A stretch of DNA of 64,000 nt from Alphaproteobacteria bacterium. GTDB lineage: Bacteria > Pseudomonadota > Alphaproteobacteria > UBA2136 > UBA6156. Positions 27,049-36,948 of this stretch are shown here, piece by piece. Each line of letters begins with the position of its first letter. The first letter of the stretch is position 1. Made by a program: the position numbers and the translations under genes. The DNA is taken from contig JBAQUT010000021.1 of assembly GCA_049297695.1 (NCBI GenBank), positions 583 through 64,582 of the forward strand, in the 5' to 3' direction. Below the pieces are notes generated by a model that saw nothing but the letters and a program-made list of their open reading frames with translations, had not been told where the DNA came from and did not search any database.

Positions 27049-30000
27049 TCATCCCACATCCACACCCATACTCCTCAAGTTCGCCAGAAGGTTGGGCGCG
27101 CACCGGATGCGCAGAGGCGTGGTGATGAGCGCCCGTGCCCCGCTTTGGGCGGGCATCCGCAACTTCACATGGGTGGGGCCTTTGTCGGCCCTTGCCAGCA
27201 GGGTTTGAATTTCGGAAAGCTGTTTTAAACTATCCACATCCAGCACCAGCTCCACCCGTTCGCCCAGCACATCGGCCAAGGGGCGGATGGTTTCGGCGTT
27301 GATGCGCAACCGCTCGGTATCCTGCTGCACCTTCAGCGTGAGGAGGAGAGGTTGTTTGGCTTCCAACAACGCTTGCTGGGCGGCGTACATCTCGCTGAAC
27401 ACCGCCACCTCGCTTTGGCCGGATTGATCAGACACCACTGCAATGGCCATCAGCTTCCCCGTTTTGGTGCGTACCTCCCGCACGCTTTGCACAATGCACG
27501 CCACGCGGCAGCTGCCGCCACCTGTTTCGCCAAACTCTTCCAGCGTGGCAATGGCCCGTAGGCCGCTCATTTTGGCCAGTTCGGCCTTAAACGCCCCCAA
27601 GGGGTGGTCGGAGTGGTAAAAGCCCAGAGTTTCTTGCTCAAAACCCAACAAATCCAGCGCGTCAATCTCTAAGGGTTTGTTCAGGCTTTGAATGTACGGC
27701 GTGGCATCCGCCGGCCCGCCCGCCTCGCCAAACAAACTGCCTTGGCCGCTGGCTTGCTGCTCGGCGTTGGCTTGGCAGTAGGCCAAATAGGCGTCCACGT
27801 TGGCCAGCAGCAGACGGCGGTTTTTTTCCACGCTGTCCATGGCTCCTGCCTTGATGAGCACTTCCAACTGCCGCTTGTTCATGGCGTGGGGGTGGTGGCG
27901 GGCCATAAAATCCCACAGGGAGGTAAACCGCCCGCCCTTGGTGCGTTCCGCCACCAACCCCCGCATCACTTCTTCTCCCGCGCCTTTGATGGCCGAGAGC
28001 GCGTGGCGTACCGCCCCTTTGCCATCGGGCGTGGCTTCCACGCTGAACATCAACTGGCTGGCGTTCACATCGGCGGGCAGCAGGCTGAAGCCCATTTTTT
28101 CCAGTTCCACCTTGTAACGGTGCAGTTTTTCCACGTTGCCGCGGTCGTAGGTCATCACGGCGGCCATAAACTCCAGCGGAAAGTGGCACTTCAAATACGC
28201 TGTTTGGTAGCTAATCAGCGCATAGGCCATGCTGTGGGCCTTGTTAAACCCGTAGCCCGCAAAGGCGGTCATGATATCAAAAATGCGGTTGGCCTCGTCG
28301 GCGTCGATGTTGTTCACCGTTTTGGCACCGTCCACAAACTTCACCCGCTCTTTGGCCATTTCTTCGGGTTTTTTCTTCCCCATGGCGCGGCGGAGCAAAT
28401 CGGCCCCCGCCAGCGTGTACCCCGCCAGCACGCGGGCCATTTGCATCACTTGTTCTTGATACACGGCAATGCCGAAGGTTACTTCCAGCGTGTCTTTCAA
28501 CAGCGGGTGGGGGTATTCCACCTTCTCAAGCCCCAAGCGGCGGGCCACGTAACTTGGTATCCATTCCATCGGCCCCGGGCGGTACAGGGCGATGAGGGCG
28601 GACAGGCTTTCCATATCCGCCGCCTTCATCTTTTTGGTGAGGTCGGTCATGCCGGCCGATTCAATCTGGAATACCCCACAGGTTTTGCCTTCCCGCAGCA
28701 TGGCAAAGGTGGCGTCGTCGGCAAGGCTCACCGTGGCAATGTCAAAGCCGGGCGTGTGTTTCCGCACCAAGTCTTCCGCCATGCGGATGATGCTCAGGGT
28801 TTTCAGGCCCAAAAAGTCAAACTTCACCAACCCCGCGTATTCGGCGTCCAGCATGGAGAATTGCGTGGCGGGCATAGGGGAACGGGGGTCCACATACAGC
28901 CCGCATACGTCGGCAATGGGCCTATCGGTAATAATCACCCCCGCCGCGTGGGTGCTGGCGTGGCGGTAGCAGCCTTCCAGCTGGCGGGCGGTATCCACCA
29001 GCCGTTGAACATCCTCTTCCGTGTCGTAGCGGGTTTTCAGGCGCTCGTCGCTTTCCAGCACCTCGTCAATGGGGGGCGGGTTGGCCCCTTCGGGGATAAG
29101 CCCCGCAATCTGCCCCACAAAGTTGTAGCCAAGGCCCAGTGCGCGGCCCACATCCCGCAGGCAGGCGCGGGCCTTCAGGCTACCAAAGGTGATGATTTGC
29201 GAAACCTTCTCCGCGCCAAACCGCTGCTGGACGTACTTGATAACCTCGTCGCGGCGGTCTTGGCAAAAGTCGATATCAAAGTCCGGCAAACTCACGCGGT
29301 CGGGGTTTAAAAAGCGCTCAAAGTATAGGCCCCAGCGCAGGGGGTCTAGCTCGGTAATCTGCAAGCTCCACGCCGCCACGCTGCCCGCACCACTGCCCCG
29401 CCCAGGGCCCACGGGGATGCCGTTGGCCTTGGCCCAGCGGATGAAATCGGAGGTAATCAGGAAGTACCCTTCGTACCCCATTTTCACAATCACATCCAAC
29501 TCAAAGGCCAGTTGTTTTTCATACGTTTCTTTCGCGGTGGCGCGGGCGGCGGCATCGGCACAGGTGGGGTACACGTATTGCTCCAACCGCTGCACCAAGC
29601 CTTTTTCGCATTCTTCGCGCATCACGTCGGGGGTGGGGGTGCTGCCGCTGAATTCCCACTTGGGCATAAACATCTGCTTCACGCTCACTTGGGGCAGCAA
29701 AAAGGCGCAACGCTTGGCAATTTCCACCGTGTTGGCACAGGCTTCGGGGATGTCCGCAAACGCCTCCAGCATATCCGACGCCGGCCGCAAATGGTGGTTG
29801 GTGGTGAAGGTGCGGTGGGCGGGGTCGTCCATGGTTTTGCTGTCGCCGATGCAGGCCAGCACCTCCATGGCGGTTTTGTCGGAACGTTTGATAAATCGCA
29901 CATCATTGGTAGCCACCAAGGGCCACGCATGCTGTGCGGCTAAGGCGCGCAAGGCGGCTTCCATCTCGGGCTCGGTGGGCAAGCCATGGCGTTCCAGTTG

Positions 30001-30510
30001 CACATAAAAACGGGTGCCAAAAGCACGGGATAACGGCTCCATAAAGGCCTCCAACCGCCCTTGGGCCTGCCCCAACGCCGCCCAGCCACGGTTATAGGCC
30101 CCACTCAAACATATCAAGCCTTCATGGCGGGCCAGCACGTCATCCAGCGCCACACCGGCCTCGCCGTGGTCGGTTTTGCGGAGGTTGGCCAAACTGACCA
30201 GCCGCGTTAGGTTGCGCCAGCCAGCTTCGTTCTGCACCAACAGGGTAACAAACCCCACTTGCGCCCGCTCGCCCAACATTCCCGTGGGCAGGCCCAGCAC
30301 GGGCACTTCGGCCCCTAAAATAGGCTGCACGCCCTTTTTGGCAAAATACTGGCTTACTTCCACCGCACTGAACACGTTCCCCAGCTCAGTGATTCCCACC
30401 GCGGCCAACCCCATGCCGCCCGCCGCCGCCGCCAAATCTTCCGGCTGCACCATGCCTTCCAGCAGGCTGTAACAGCTTTTGCAGGTTAAATGAATGAATC
30501 CCACGCCCAT
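27049..30510 (-). CDS. dnaE: DNA polymerase III alpha subunit
   Basis: 1153 aa. N-terminal PHP domain (FIHLTCKSCYSLLEG), polymerase core and OB-fold regions. Confidence 0.9.
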   Translation of the reverse strand: MGVGFIHLTCKSCYSLLEGMVQPEDLAAAAGGMGLAAVGITELGNVFSAVEVSQYFAKKGVQPILGAEVPVLGLPTGMLGERAQVGFVTLLVQNEAGWRNLTRLVSLANLRKTDHGEAGVALDDVLARHEGLICLSGAYNRGWAALGQAQGRLEAFMEPLSRAFGTRFYVQLERHGLPTEPEMEAALRALAAQHAWPLVATNDVRFIKRSDKTAMEVLACIGDSKTMDDPAHRTFTTNHHLRPASDMLEAFADIPEACANTVEIAKRCAFLLPQVSVKQMFMPKWEFSGSTPTPDVMREECEKGLVQRLEQYVYPTCADAAARATAKETYEKQLAFELDVIVKMGYEGYFLITSDFIRWAKANGIPVGPGRGSGAGSVAAWSLQITELDPLRWGLYFERFLNPDRVSLPDFDIDFCQDRRDEVIKYVQQRFGAEKVSQIITFGSLKARACLRDVGRALGLGYNFVGQIAGLIPEGANPPPIDEVLESDERLKTRYDTEEDVQRLVDTARQLEGCYRHASTHAAGVIITDRPIADVCGLYVDPRSPMPATQFSMLDAEYAGLVKFDFLGLKTLSIIRMAEDLVRKHTPGFDIATVSLADDATFAMLREGKTCGVFQIESAGMTDLTKKMKAADMESLSALIALYRPGPMEWIPSYVARRLGLEKVEYPHPLLKDTLEVTFGIAVYQEQVMQMARVLAGYTLAGADLLRRAMGKKKPEEMAKERVKFVDGAKTVNNIDADEANRIFDIMTAFAGYGFNKAHSMAYALISYQTAYLKCHFPLEFMAAVMTYDRGNVEKLHRYKVELEKMGFSLLPADVNASQLMFSVEATPDGKGAVRHALSAIKGAGEEVMRGLVAERTKGGRFTSLWDFMARHHPHAMNKRQLEVLIKAGAMDSVEKNRRLLLANVDAYLAYCQANAEQQASGQGSLFGEAGGPADATPYIQSLNKPLEIDALDLLGFEQETLGFYHSDHPLGAFKAELAKMSGLRAIATLEEFGETGGGSCRVACIVQSVREVRTKTGKLMAIAVVSDQSGQSEVAVFSEMYAAQQALLEAKQPLLLTLKVQQDTERLRINAETIRPLADVLGERVELVLDVDSLKQLSEIQTLLARADKGPTHVKLRMPAQSGARALITTPLRIRCAPNLLANLRSMGVDVG

Positions 30511-30594
30511 GGGGGCACCATAACGGGTTTGGTGGGGGGTTGCAAAAGGGAAATTAGGTACTTATATACAGATAAGAAACAAAAGGAGCTTAGT

Positions 30595-31032
30595 ATGTAC
30601 ACCGTAGAAGAAATTCAGAACTTTTTGGAAGATGTTCAGAGCTTGATTTCTAATCAAGGTACTGGAAAAATTAGAAATATAGACAATTATGATATTGTTA
30701 CTTTTCTAAAAGGTTTTTTGCCTTACATGCTAAAACGCAAAGATTATCCTGTAGCAGATGAGGTTGTTCGTGAAGATATTATTTTAACTTCTATGCGAAT
30801 TTTATCAAAACTCACAGGGAACGAACCTAATACCATAGTACATAATATTAAGAATGATTCAGATGAAAAAGAAATATGGATTCTTTGCGAAAAAGAATTT
30901 GAAGGAGCTTTGAGAGCATCTAACAAAGAAGTATTAAGAATAAACACTTGTGGAAGGATTATGGCGATAGGGCGCAGAGAGATGGTTCTCCGTGAATCTA
31001 GTCAAGAGTTATCCGATTTATTTAATAAATAA
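30595..31032 (+). CDS. AT-rich orphan hypothetical protein
   Basis: ORF 30490-31032. Start chosen at MYTVEE, preceded by an aaaggag SD. Very low GC compared with the flanking dnaE and lolD. Confidence 0.5.
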   Translation: MYTVEEIQNFLEDVQSLISNQGTGKIRNIDNYDIVTFLKGFLPYMLKRKDYPVADEVVREDIILTSMRILSKLTGNEPNTIVHNIKNDSDEKEIWILCEKEFEGALRASNKEVLRINTCGRIMAIGRREMVLRESSQELSDLFNK

Positions 31033-31044
31033 GTCAAAAACTCG

Positions 31045-31722
31045 TTAACCCATCCTCACCACGCGCGAACACCGTTTCGCCAACTCCATGTTGTGCGTTA
31101 CAATCAGGGCAGCCATGCCTTCGGTGTTAATCAGGTGGAACAGCAGGTCGGTCACACTTTCCGCCGTATGGGGATCCAGATTGCCCGTAGGTTCATCCGC
31201 CAACAGCAGGGCAGGGCGGTTCATCAAGGCGCGGGCAATGGCCACACGCTGCTGCTCACCTCCCGACAACTGGCTAGGGTAGTGCTCCAAACGATGCCCC
31301 AACCCGACAGCCCCCAAAAGCTCCTCGGGCCGTTCCTGTAATCCTGTCATCCTGTCATCCAGTAATCCTGTTCCTATTCTGGCCGGCATCCCCACATTCT
31401 CCACCGCGGTAAACTCGCGCAACAAATGGTGGTGCTGGTACACAAACCCCATGGTGGCGTTGCGAATACGTGCCTGCTGCCCATCCGGTAACGTGTCGGC
31501 CCGCACGCCGTTCACCCACACCTCGCCGGTGTTGGGTTTGTCCAAAAGCCCCGCCATGTGCAGCAGGGTGCTTTTGCCGCAGCCGCTGGGGCCTACAATG
31601 GCCACGCTTTCGCCCGCGTTCAGGGTAAAATCCATATCCTTCAAAACAGTCACACGGGCAGGGCCTTCGCCATACCAGCGGGAGACAGCGCGCATATCCA
31701 ACAGGGGTGGGGTGTGTGTCAT
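31045..31722 (-). CDS. lolD: Lipoprotein-releasing system ATP-binding protein
   Basis: 225 aa. Walker A GPSGCGKST. ABC signature LSGGEQQR. Adjacent to the LolC/E permease. Confidence 0.85.
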   Translation of the reverse strand: MTHTPPLLDMRAVSRWYGEGPARVTVLKDMDFTLNAGESVAIVGPSGCGKSTLLHMAGLLDKPNTGEVWVNGVRADTLPDGQQARIRNATMGFVYQHHHLLREFTAVENVGMPARIGTGLLDDRMTGLQERPEELLGAVGLGHRLEHYPSQLSGGEQQRVAIARALMNRPALLLADEPTGNLDPHTAESVTDLLFHLINTEGMAALIVTHNMELAKRCSRVVRMG

Positions 31723-32972
31723 CGGCGTAAAAGCTCCACAGGGTCAAACCGCGCCGCCTTCAGCGCAGGCCACAGGCTGGCCAGAACGGTCAGCACCAAG
31801 GCCATGCCCATCACGGCGCCCATATCCCACACGTTCAGGCGGCTGGGCAACTCGGTTAAAAAGTAAACATCGCCGGGGAACAGCTTCACGCCCGTGAGGT
31901 ACTGGATGCCATCCACCAGCCGGTCCATGTTCCAAACCCCCAGCGCCCCCACCACCAGCCCGCCCACGGTGCCCATAAGCCCCAACAGCAGGCCGTTGAA
32001 GAAAAAGATGGTGCGGATATCCCCCTGCGTGGCGCCCATGGTGCGCAAAATGGCGATGTCGGCCAGCTTGTCGTTCACCAGCATCATTTGGCCACTAATG
32101 ATGTTGAACGCCGCCACCACCACAATAAGGGAAAGGATGATGAACATCGTCACGCGTTCCACCTGCAACGCGTTGAAAAAATCGCGGTTGGTGTCGTGCC
32201 ACGTGGTGATGCGCACATCCAGCGGGTTGGCCACCATGCGGCCCAGCGTGTTGAACACGGCGGGCTTCATGGCTTCTACTTGCGTGGGGTCATCCAGTTT
32301 CAATTCCAGTGCCGTCACGCGGCCACGGGTGCCGGCAAACGCCATCACGTCGGGGATGCTGGCAATCACCAACCCGCTGTCAAACTGCACCATGCCGATG
32401 TCGAATATCCCTGCCACGGTAAACACTTGGGTGCGGGGGATGAAGCCTGCAATCGTGCGCGCCCCGTCGGGTGAGAGAACACGGATTTTTTGGCCCGTCA
32501 TGATGCCCAGGTTGCGGGCCATCACGGTGCCAATCAACGCCTCGCCGGGTTGCAGCACAAACGAGGCATCGGCCGTGCGCTTGTCCATGGTTATCAGTTT
32601 GCGGGTGAGCATCTCCGGCACGCGTTCCGCCACCACGCCCCGCAACAACGCCCCGCCGGAACGCCCGCCAAACGTCACCATGCCTTGGCCATTCACATAA
32701 GGCTCGGCGCTGGCCACGCCGGGCAGGGCCCGCAACCGCGCCGCCGCCATTTCGGCGGTGTCTTGCATCATGTCGGGCATTTCCACCGTCATGTGGCCGG
32801 TAACACCCAAAATGCGGCTCATCAACTCTTGCCGGAAACCGCCCATCACGGCCAACACCATCACCAACGCCGCCACGCCCAACACAATACCCAGCACGCT
32901 AAAGGCGGTTACCACCCGCGTAAACCCGCGCCGGCTGCCCAAATAACGATGGATGATGAGGGGGGTGAACAT
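31719..32972 (-). CDS. lolC: Lipoprotein-releasing system permease LolC/LolE (FtsX-like)
   Basis: 417 aa. 4-TM FtsX/MacB-type topology with a large periplasmic loop. Confidence 0.85.
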   Translation of the reverse strand: MFTPLIIHRYLGSRRGFTRVVTAFSVLGIVLGVAALVMVLAVMGGFRQELMSRILGVTGHMTVEMPDMMQDTAEMAAARLRALPGVASAEPYVNGQGMVTFGGRSGGALLRGVVAERVPEMLTRKLITMDKRTADASFVLQPGEALIGTVMARNLGIMTGQKIRVLSPDGARTIAGFIPRTQVFTVAGIFDIGMVQFDSGLVIASIPDVMAFAGTRGRVTALELKLDDPTQVEAMKPAVFNTLGRMVANPLDVRITTWHDTNRDFFNALQVERVTMFIILSLIVVVAAFNIISGQMMLVNDKLADIAILRTMGATQGDIRTIFFFNGLLLGLMGTVGGLVVGALGVWNMDRLVDGIQYLTGVKLFPGDVYFLTELPSRLNVWDMGAVMGMALVLTVLASLWPALKAARFDPVELLRR

Positions 32973-34477
32973 TAGTACGCCTTTGCAAACACCACCATTT
33001 GAGTGGTCGGTTTGCCTGTGAAAATGCAGGTGGTACCAACTTTGTGGGGCAGCTCACCATCCAAAGGCAGGCAGCGTGTTGTTACTTGGAGCTCGGCTTT
33101 GAGTTTCTTTTCCAACTCCGTATCGCCTGCCCATGCACATACGGCAAAGCCTTGGGTTTGTTCGCCTGCAAAAAAAGATCGGAATTCGGCTTCGCTTATA
33201 ACGACTTTGGTGTTGGCATCCCTATAAGTTAATGCGCGCTGATAGAGAGTATCCTGCATATGATCAAGGCGTTCGTGAATGGTAGAGAAAAAATCTTCAA
33301 TCTTTGTGAACGTTTTAAACGAAGTTTCTCCATCACGGTATGAAACAGGAAAAGATCTATTAGCAAGATCCTTTGGCCCTACTTCCACCCGAACAGGCAC
33401 ACCTTTCTTGACCCAATCCCACTTCCGTTCACCCACGTTCATGTCGCGAGTATCAATTTCAGCATCAATCACTCGGCCATGGTAGGCAATGCGTGAAAGT
33501 CCGTCTTGTATCTCCTTACAAAAGGCTAACACGGCTTTGTCATCATCGGTGCCTTTTAAAATGGGTATAATCGCAACGTGTGAGGGCGCCAAACGTGGTG
33601 GTAGAACCAACCCATCGTCGTCACTGTGGGTCATAATCAATCCACCAATCATGCGAGTCGAAACCCCCCAACTGGTCGTCCAGGGTGTTTTCCGTTGCCC
33701 ATCTTTGTCTAAAAATTCAATCGCTGCTGCCTTAGCAAAGTTCTGGCCTAAAAAGTGGCTGGTTCCTGCTTGGAGGGCTTTTTTATCCTGCATCATGGCT
33801 TCGCATGTCAGTGTATCTACTGCCCCAGGGAAGCGTTCTGCCTCGGTCTTCCTTCCTTTAATGACGGGCAATGCCATAATGTCGCGCATAAATGTGGCGT
33901 AAATGTCTAGCATTTGCATGGCCTCAGCCTCGGCTTCGGGCTTGGTGGCGTGCACGGTATGGCCTTCTTGCCATAAAAATTCTGCTGTGCGGAGGAAAAG
34001 ACGTGTCCGCATTTCCCAACGCACCACATTGCACCATTGGTTGATAAGCAGGGGTAAATCGCGGTAGCTTTGAACCCATCGGGCGAAAGCCTCGTTGATG
34101 ATCATTTCGCTGGTGGGGCGTACAACCAAGGGTTCGTCCAGTTCGCCAGCAGGTTCCAGTTTGCCTTCGGCATTCTTTTCCAAACGGTGATGGGTTACCA
34201 CGGCACATTCGGTCGCAAACCCTTCAACGTGCTCGGCTTCTTTGGAGAGGAGCGAAAGTGGAATGAAGAGGGGAAAATATGCGTTTTTATGGCCCGTATC
34301 CTTAAACATTTTGTCCATAATACGTTGGGTGTTTTCCCACAGGGCGTAACCCCATGGTTTGATAATCATGCAGCCACGAACGCTGGAATTTTCAGCCATA
34401 TCGGCAGCCTTGATAACCTGCTGATACCATTCAGGGAAATTTTCAGAACGGGTTGGGGTAATGGCGGTTTTAGACAT
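32972..34477 (-). CDS. proS: Proline--tRNA ligase, Thermus/archaeal-eukaryal type
   Basis: Start set at MSKTAITP, preceded by an aagggaga SD. ...PEWYQQVI...IKPWGYALWE...RPTSE...TSHFLGQNFA... is typical of the archaeal/eukaryal-type ProRS family represented in bacteria by Thermus. Confidence 0.9.
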   Translation of the reverse strand: MSKTAITPTRSENFPEWYQQVIKAADMAENSSVRGCMIIKPWGYALWENTQRIMDKMFKDTGHKNAYFPLFIPLSLLSKEAEHVEGFATECAVVTHHRLEKNAEGKLEPAGELDEPLVVRPTSEMIINEAFARWVQSYRDLPLLINQWCNVVRWEMRTRLFLRTAEFLWQEGHTVHATKPEAEAEAMQMLDIYATFMRDIMALPVIKGRKTEAERFPGAVDTLTCEAMMQDKKALQAGTSHFLGQNFAKAAAIEFLDKDGQRKTPWTTSWGVSTRMIGGLIMTHSDDDGLVLPPRLAPSHVAIIPILKGTDDDKAVLAFCKEIQDGLSRIAYHGRVIDAEIDTRDMNVGERKWDWVKKGVPVRVEVGPKDLANRSFPVSYRDGETSFKTFTKIEDFFSTIHERLDHMQDTLYQRALTYRDANTKVVISEAEFRSFFAGEQTQGFAVCAWAGDTELEKKLKAELQVTTRCLPLDGELPHKVGTTCIFTGKPTTQMVVFAKAY

Positions 34478-34523
34478 CACAAAATTCTCCCTTAAGGCCG
34501 CCATACTGCCGTTTTATAAGGTT

Positions 34524-35039
34524 TTACGCAAGCATCTTCCGCCGTGCCAAGGCGGTTAGCACAAAATACGCCCCCACGGCCACCATGATTTTGGTGAGGC
34601 TGTACAACACAAGGCCGCTCCAGGTGAAAATACCGGGGAATATGGAGTTGGCCCCCCACAAAAACAACGCCGTATCCAGCGGCCCCGCCAAAAGGCTGGA
34701 GTATAAAATCCGCTCGGCCAAAGGCTTTTGGGTAAAGCTGAAAATCGCCCAATCGGCCAGCTCGGCAATGGCAAAAGCACCCAATCCCGCCAAGGCCAGT
34801 TCAGGGGTGGTCAGATGGTAGGTTATGAACGAGGCTAAGGCTATAGCGGCAAGGGCCCCATGGGTTCCTACTTCCCGTTGGCAAAAATCCCGCAAAATAA
34901 ACAAAAGCCCAATCAACAATCCGGCCCATGAAAAGGCTGTGCCGTCCGGCAATATCCACGGCGGAACGCGGGTAAACACAAGGTTGGTGAGGGGGATGGA
35001 CGCAATGTATAAAAACGTGAAAAGGTAAGGGATTCTCAT
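34524..35039 (-). CDS. Small polytopic membrane protein, possibly VUT/DUF165 (YhhQ-like) family
   Basis: About 171 aa. 5-6 TM. ILRDFCQREVG motif. Tandem paralogue of the next gene. Confidence 0.4.
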   Translation of the reverse strand: MRIPYLFTFLYIASIPLTNLVFTRVPPWILPDGTAFSWAGLLIGLLFILRDFCQREVGTHGALAAIALASFITYHLTTPELALAGLGAFAIAELADWAIFSFTQKPLAERILYSSLLAGPLDTALFLWGANSIFPGIFTWSGLVLYSLTKIMVAVGAYFVLTALARRKMLA

Positions 35040-35059
35040 AGGGGGAGGGCTTTCAAAAT

Positions 35060-35575
35060 CTAACCAAGCTTTTTCCGAATGGCTGGAAGCGAGAGCACAA
35101 AATACGCCCCCACGGCCAGCATTACCTTGATGATGCTGTACAGCGCAAACGCGCTCCAGGTTTTCATGTCGGGGAACACCGACGACGCCCCCCACAAAAA
35201 CACGGCGGAATCAATCGGCCCCGCCAGCAAGCTGGAGTACAGCACGCGCTCGGCAAACGGGCGCCGGGTCAAGGTATAAACGGCCCAATCAGCCAGCTCG
35301 GCCACGGTAAACGCCACCACGCTGGCAATGGCCAGTTCGGGGGTGGATACCACGTAGGTGAGGGAAGCGGCGGTCATAATCGCCACCAACGCCCCCCGCG
35401 TGCCCACTTCCCGCTGGCAGAAATCCCGCAAAATAAACACGGTGCCCACCAAAAGGGTGATGGGCGAAAAATACGTGCCGTCGTGCAGCACAAACGGCGT
35501 CACCTTCACAAACAGGTAATTGATGAGCGGAATGCTGAGAATGTACAGCAGCGTGAAGAGAAACGGTATCCGCAT
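35060..35575 (-). CDS. Small polytopic membrane protein, paralogue of the preceding gene
   Basis: About 171 aa. Same ILRDFCQREVG motif and TM pattern. Confidence 0.4.
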   Translation of the reverse strand: MRIPFLFTLLYILSIPLINYLFVKVTPFVLHDGTYFSPITLLVGTVFILRDFCQREVGTRGALVAIMTAASLTYVVSTPELAIASVVAFTVAELADWAVYTLTRRPFAERVLYSSLLAGPIDSAVFLWGASSVFPDMKTWSAFALYSIIKVMLAVGAYFVLSLPAIRKKLG

Positions 35576-36111
35576 CAGCACACCCCGCCAACACCCGTCA
35601 TCACGCTGTGCTCAAAGGTGAAAATATCGCGCAGTTCGCGGTAGCGGCCGTCCATGTCCAGGCCGTAGCCCACCACAAACAGCTCTTTGGGCAGGCTGAA
35701 GGCCGCATGGGTGGCCTCGCTGGGGCTGCCCACGCGCTTGAACAACGTCACCACCGTTTGCGTGCCCGCGCCGCGCTCGGCCAAGGCTTGCTTCAACTGG
35801 CGCACGGCGTTGCCGCTGTCGAGAATATCTTCCACAATCAGCACGGGAGCACCATGAAAGGCCGTGGGCAAGGTTTCGGGGTTCATGGCCACGTCTTGCT
35901 TGATGTTCCCCTTAAAATAGCTCCCGCCCGTGAAATGCAGCACCAAAGGCATTTTAAGCTGGCGGCATAAATCCGCCGCAAACACAAACCCGCCGTTCAT
36001 GGTGACAACCACGTGCACCAGCTTGTGGTGGCCCAAATCGCGGTTCAGGGCGTCGGCCATGTCGGCCACGCGGGAGGCGATGCTGCCAGCATCATACAAA
36101 AGCTTCATCAT
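35575..36111 (-). CDS. hpt: Hypoxanthine-guanine phosphoribosyltransferase
   Basis: 178 aa. PRPP-binding motif VLIVEDILDSGNA. Confidence 0.85.
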   Translation of the reverse strand: MMKLLYDAGSIASRVADMADALNRDLGHHKLVHVVVTMNGGFVFAADLCRQLKMPLVLHFTGGSYFKGNIKQDVAMNPETLPTAFHGAPVLIVEDILDSGNAVRQLKQALAERGAGTQTVVTLFKRVGSPSEATHAAFSLPKELFVVGYGLDMDGRYRELRDIFTFEHSVMTGVGGVC

Positions 36112-36130
36112 GAGCGTAAGGTATCAGGCT

Positions 36131-36865
36131 TTAACGGGATGGGGAAGGGGGCACTTCTCCCAACATCCCCCGCACCGCCGCGTGGGTATCTTCAAACACA
36201 TAATCCACGCCGTGGGCATGGCGTTTGTCCAACGGTGCCGTGCCCACATATACGGTCACAATCCCGTTGGCTTTTGCTGTGGGCAGGTTGTGGGCGGTGT
36301 CTTCCACCATCACAAGCTGCGTGCCATGGGGCAGGTGGCTTAACTTGCGGCGTTTCAGCAAGGCGTAGGATTCGGGTTTGGTTTTAGGGATGCTATCCAC
36401 ACACGCCCGCCCCCAAATGTTGCGGGCTTGGAAAATGTCCCCCATATCGCACGCCGCTACCACGTGTTTCCCATGCTCCCGATAGTTTGCCGTAAACGCC
36501 GCCATCAAGGCTGTACGTGCCTTGAGCATCCGTAGCAAGTGGTTCAACTCGAGGTCGGGTTTCATGTAGGTCGTTATCTTGGCATGGAAGGCCCTCGTGG
36601 TTTCCGTCCACATGCGGGGCTCGTGCGCGTCGGTCAGCTTGAAATGGTGTTGGATGGGCCAAAATACATGCCCATGCTGATGAAAACAGGCAACAATACC
36701 TTCTTTGGCGGCCTCATAACTCACCCCTGCCTCACGGCTTATCCATGTGTAAACCTCATGGGAAAGGTGCGGCCCCGTGGGTGCCAACGTGTCGTCGACA
36801 TCAAACAACACAGCAGGCGGAGTGCGGGAGTTAAACAGGGAGGAAATGGGCGGGCGAGTAATCAT
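36131..36865 (-). CDS. HAD-superfamily hydrolase (pyrimidine 5-prime-nucleotidase-like)
   Basis: HAD motif I LFDVDDTL and downstream HAD motifs. Confidence 0.7.
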   Translation of the reverse strand: MITRPPISSLFNSRTPPAVLFDVDDTLAPTGPHLSHEVYTWISREAGVSYEAAKEGIVACFHQHGHVFWPIQHHFKLTDAHEPRMWTETTRAFHAKITTYMKPDLELNHLLRMLKARTALMAAFTANYREHGKHVVAACDMGDIFQARNIWGRACVDSIPKTKPESYALLKRRKLSHLPHGTQLVMVEDTAHNLPTAKANGIVTVYVGTAPLDKRHAHGVDYVFEDTHAAVRGMLGEVPPSPSR

Positions 36866-36908
36866 ATTTCGGTATACGTTTAATGGGATGCAGAGTCAAG
36901 GCCAGAAA

Positions 36909-36937
36909 TCATGAGAGAGTTACAACCTACAACCCAC
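36909..36937 (-). repeat. GTTGTAR heptamer array copy (4 units: gttgtaa gttgtgg gttgtag gttgtaa, minus orientation)
   Basis: Intergenic, between the HAD hydrolase and accC. Confidence 0.55.
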
Positions 36938-36948
36938 AACTTACAACC

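Noticed and set aside
27688-29310. 540-aa plus-strand ORF inside dnaE, plus other long antisense ORFs (25089-26006 in gltA, 42407-43453 in dacC, 37543-38043 in accC, 60856-61206 in the ArnT-like gene)
   Set aside because: All lie antisense to strongly supported genes and have the His/Gly/Arg-rich composition expected from reverse-frame translation of GC-rich coding DNA.
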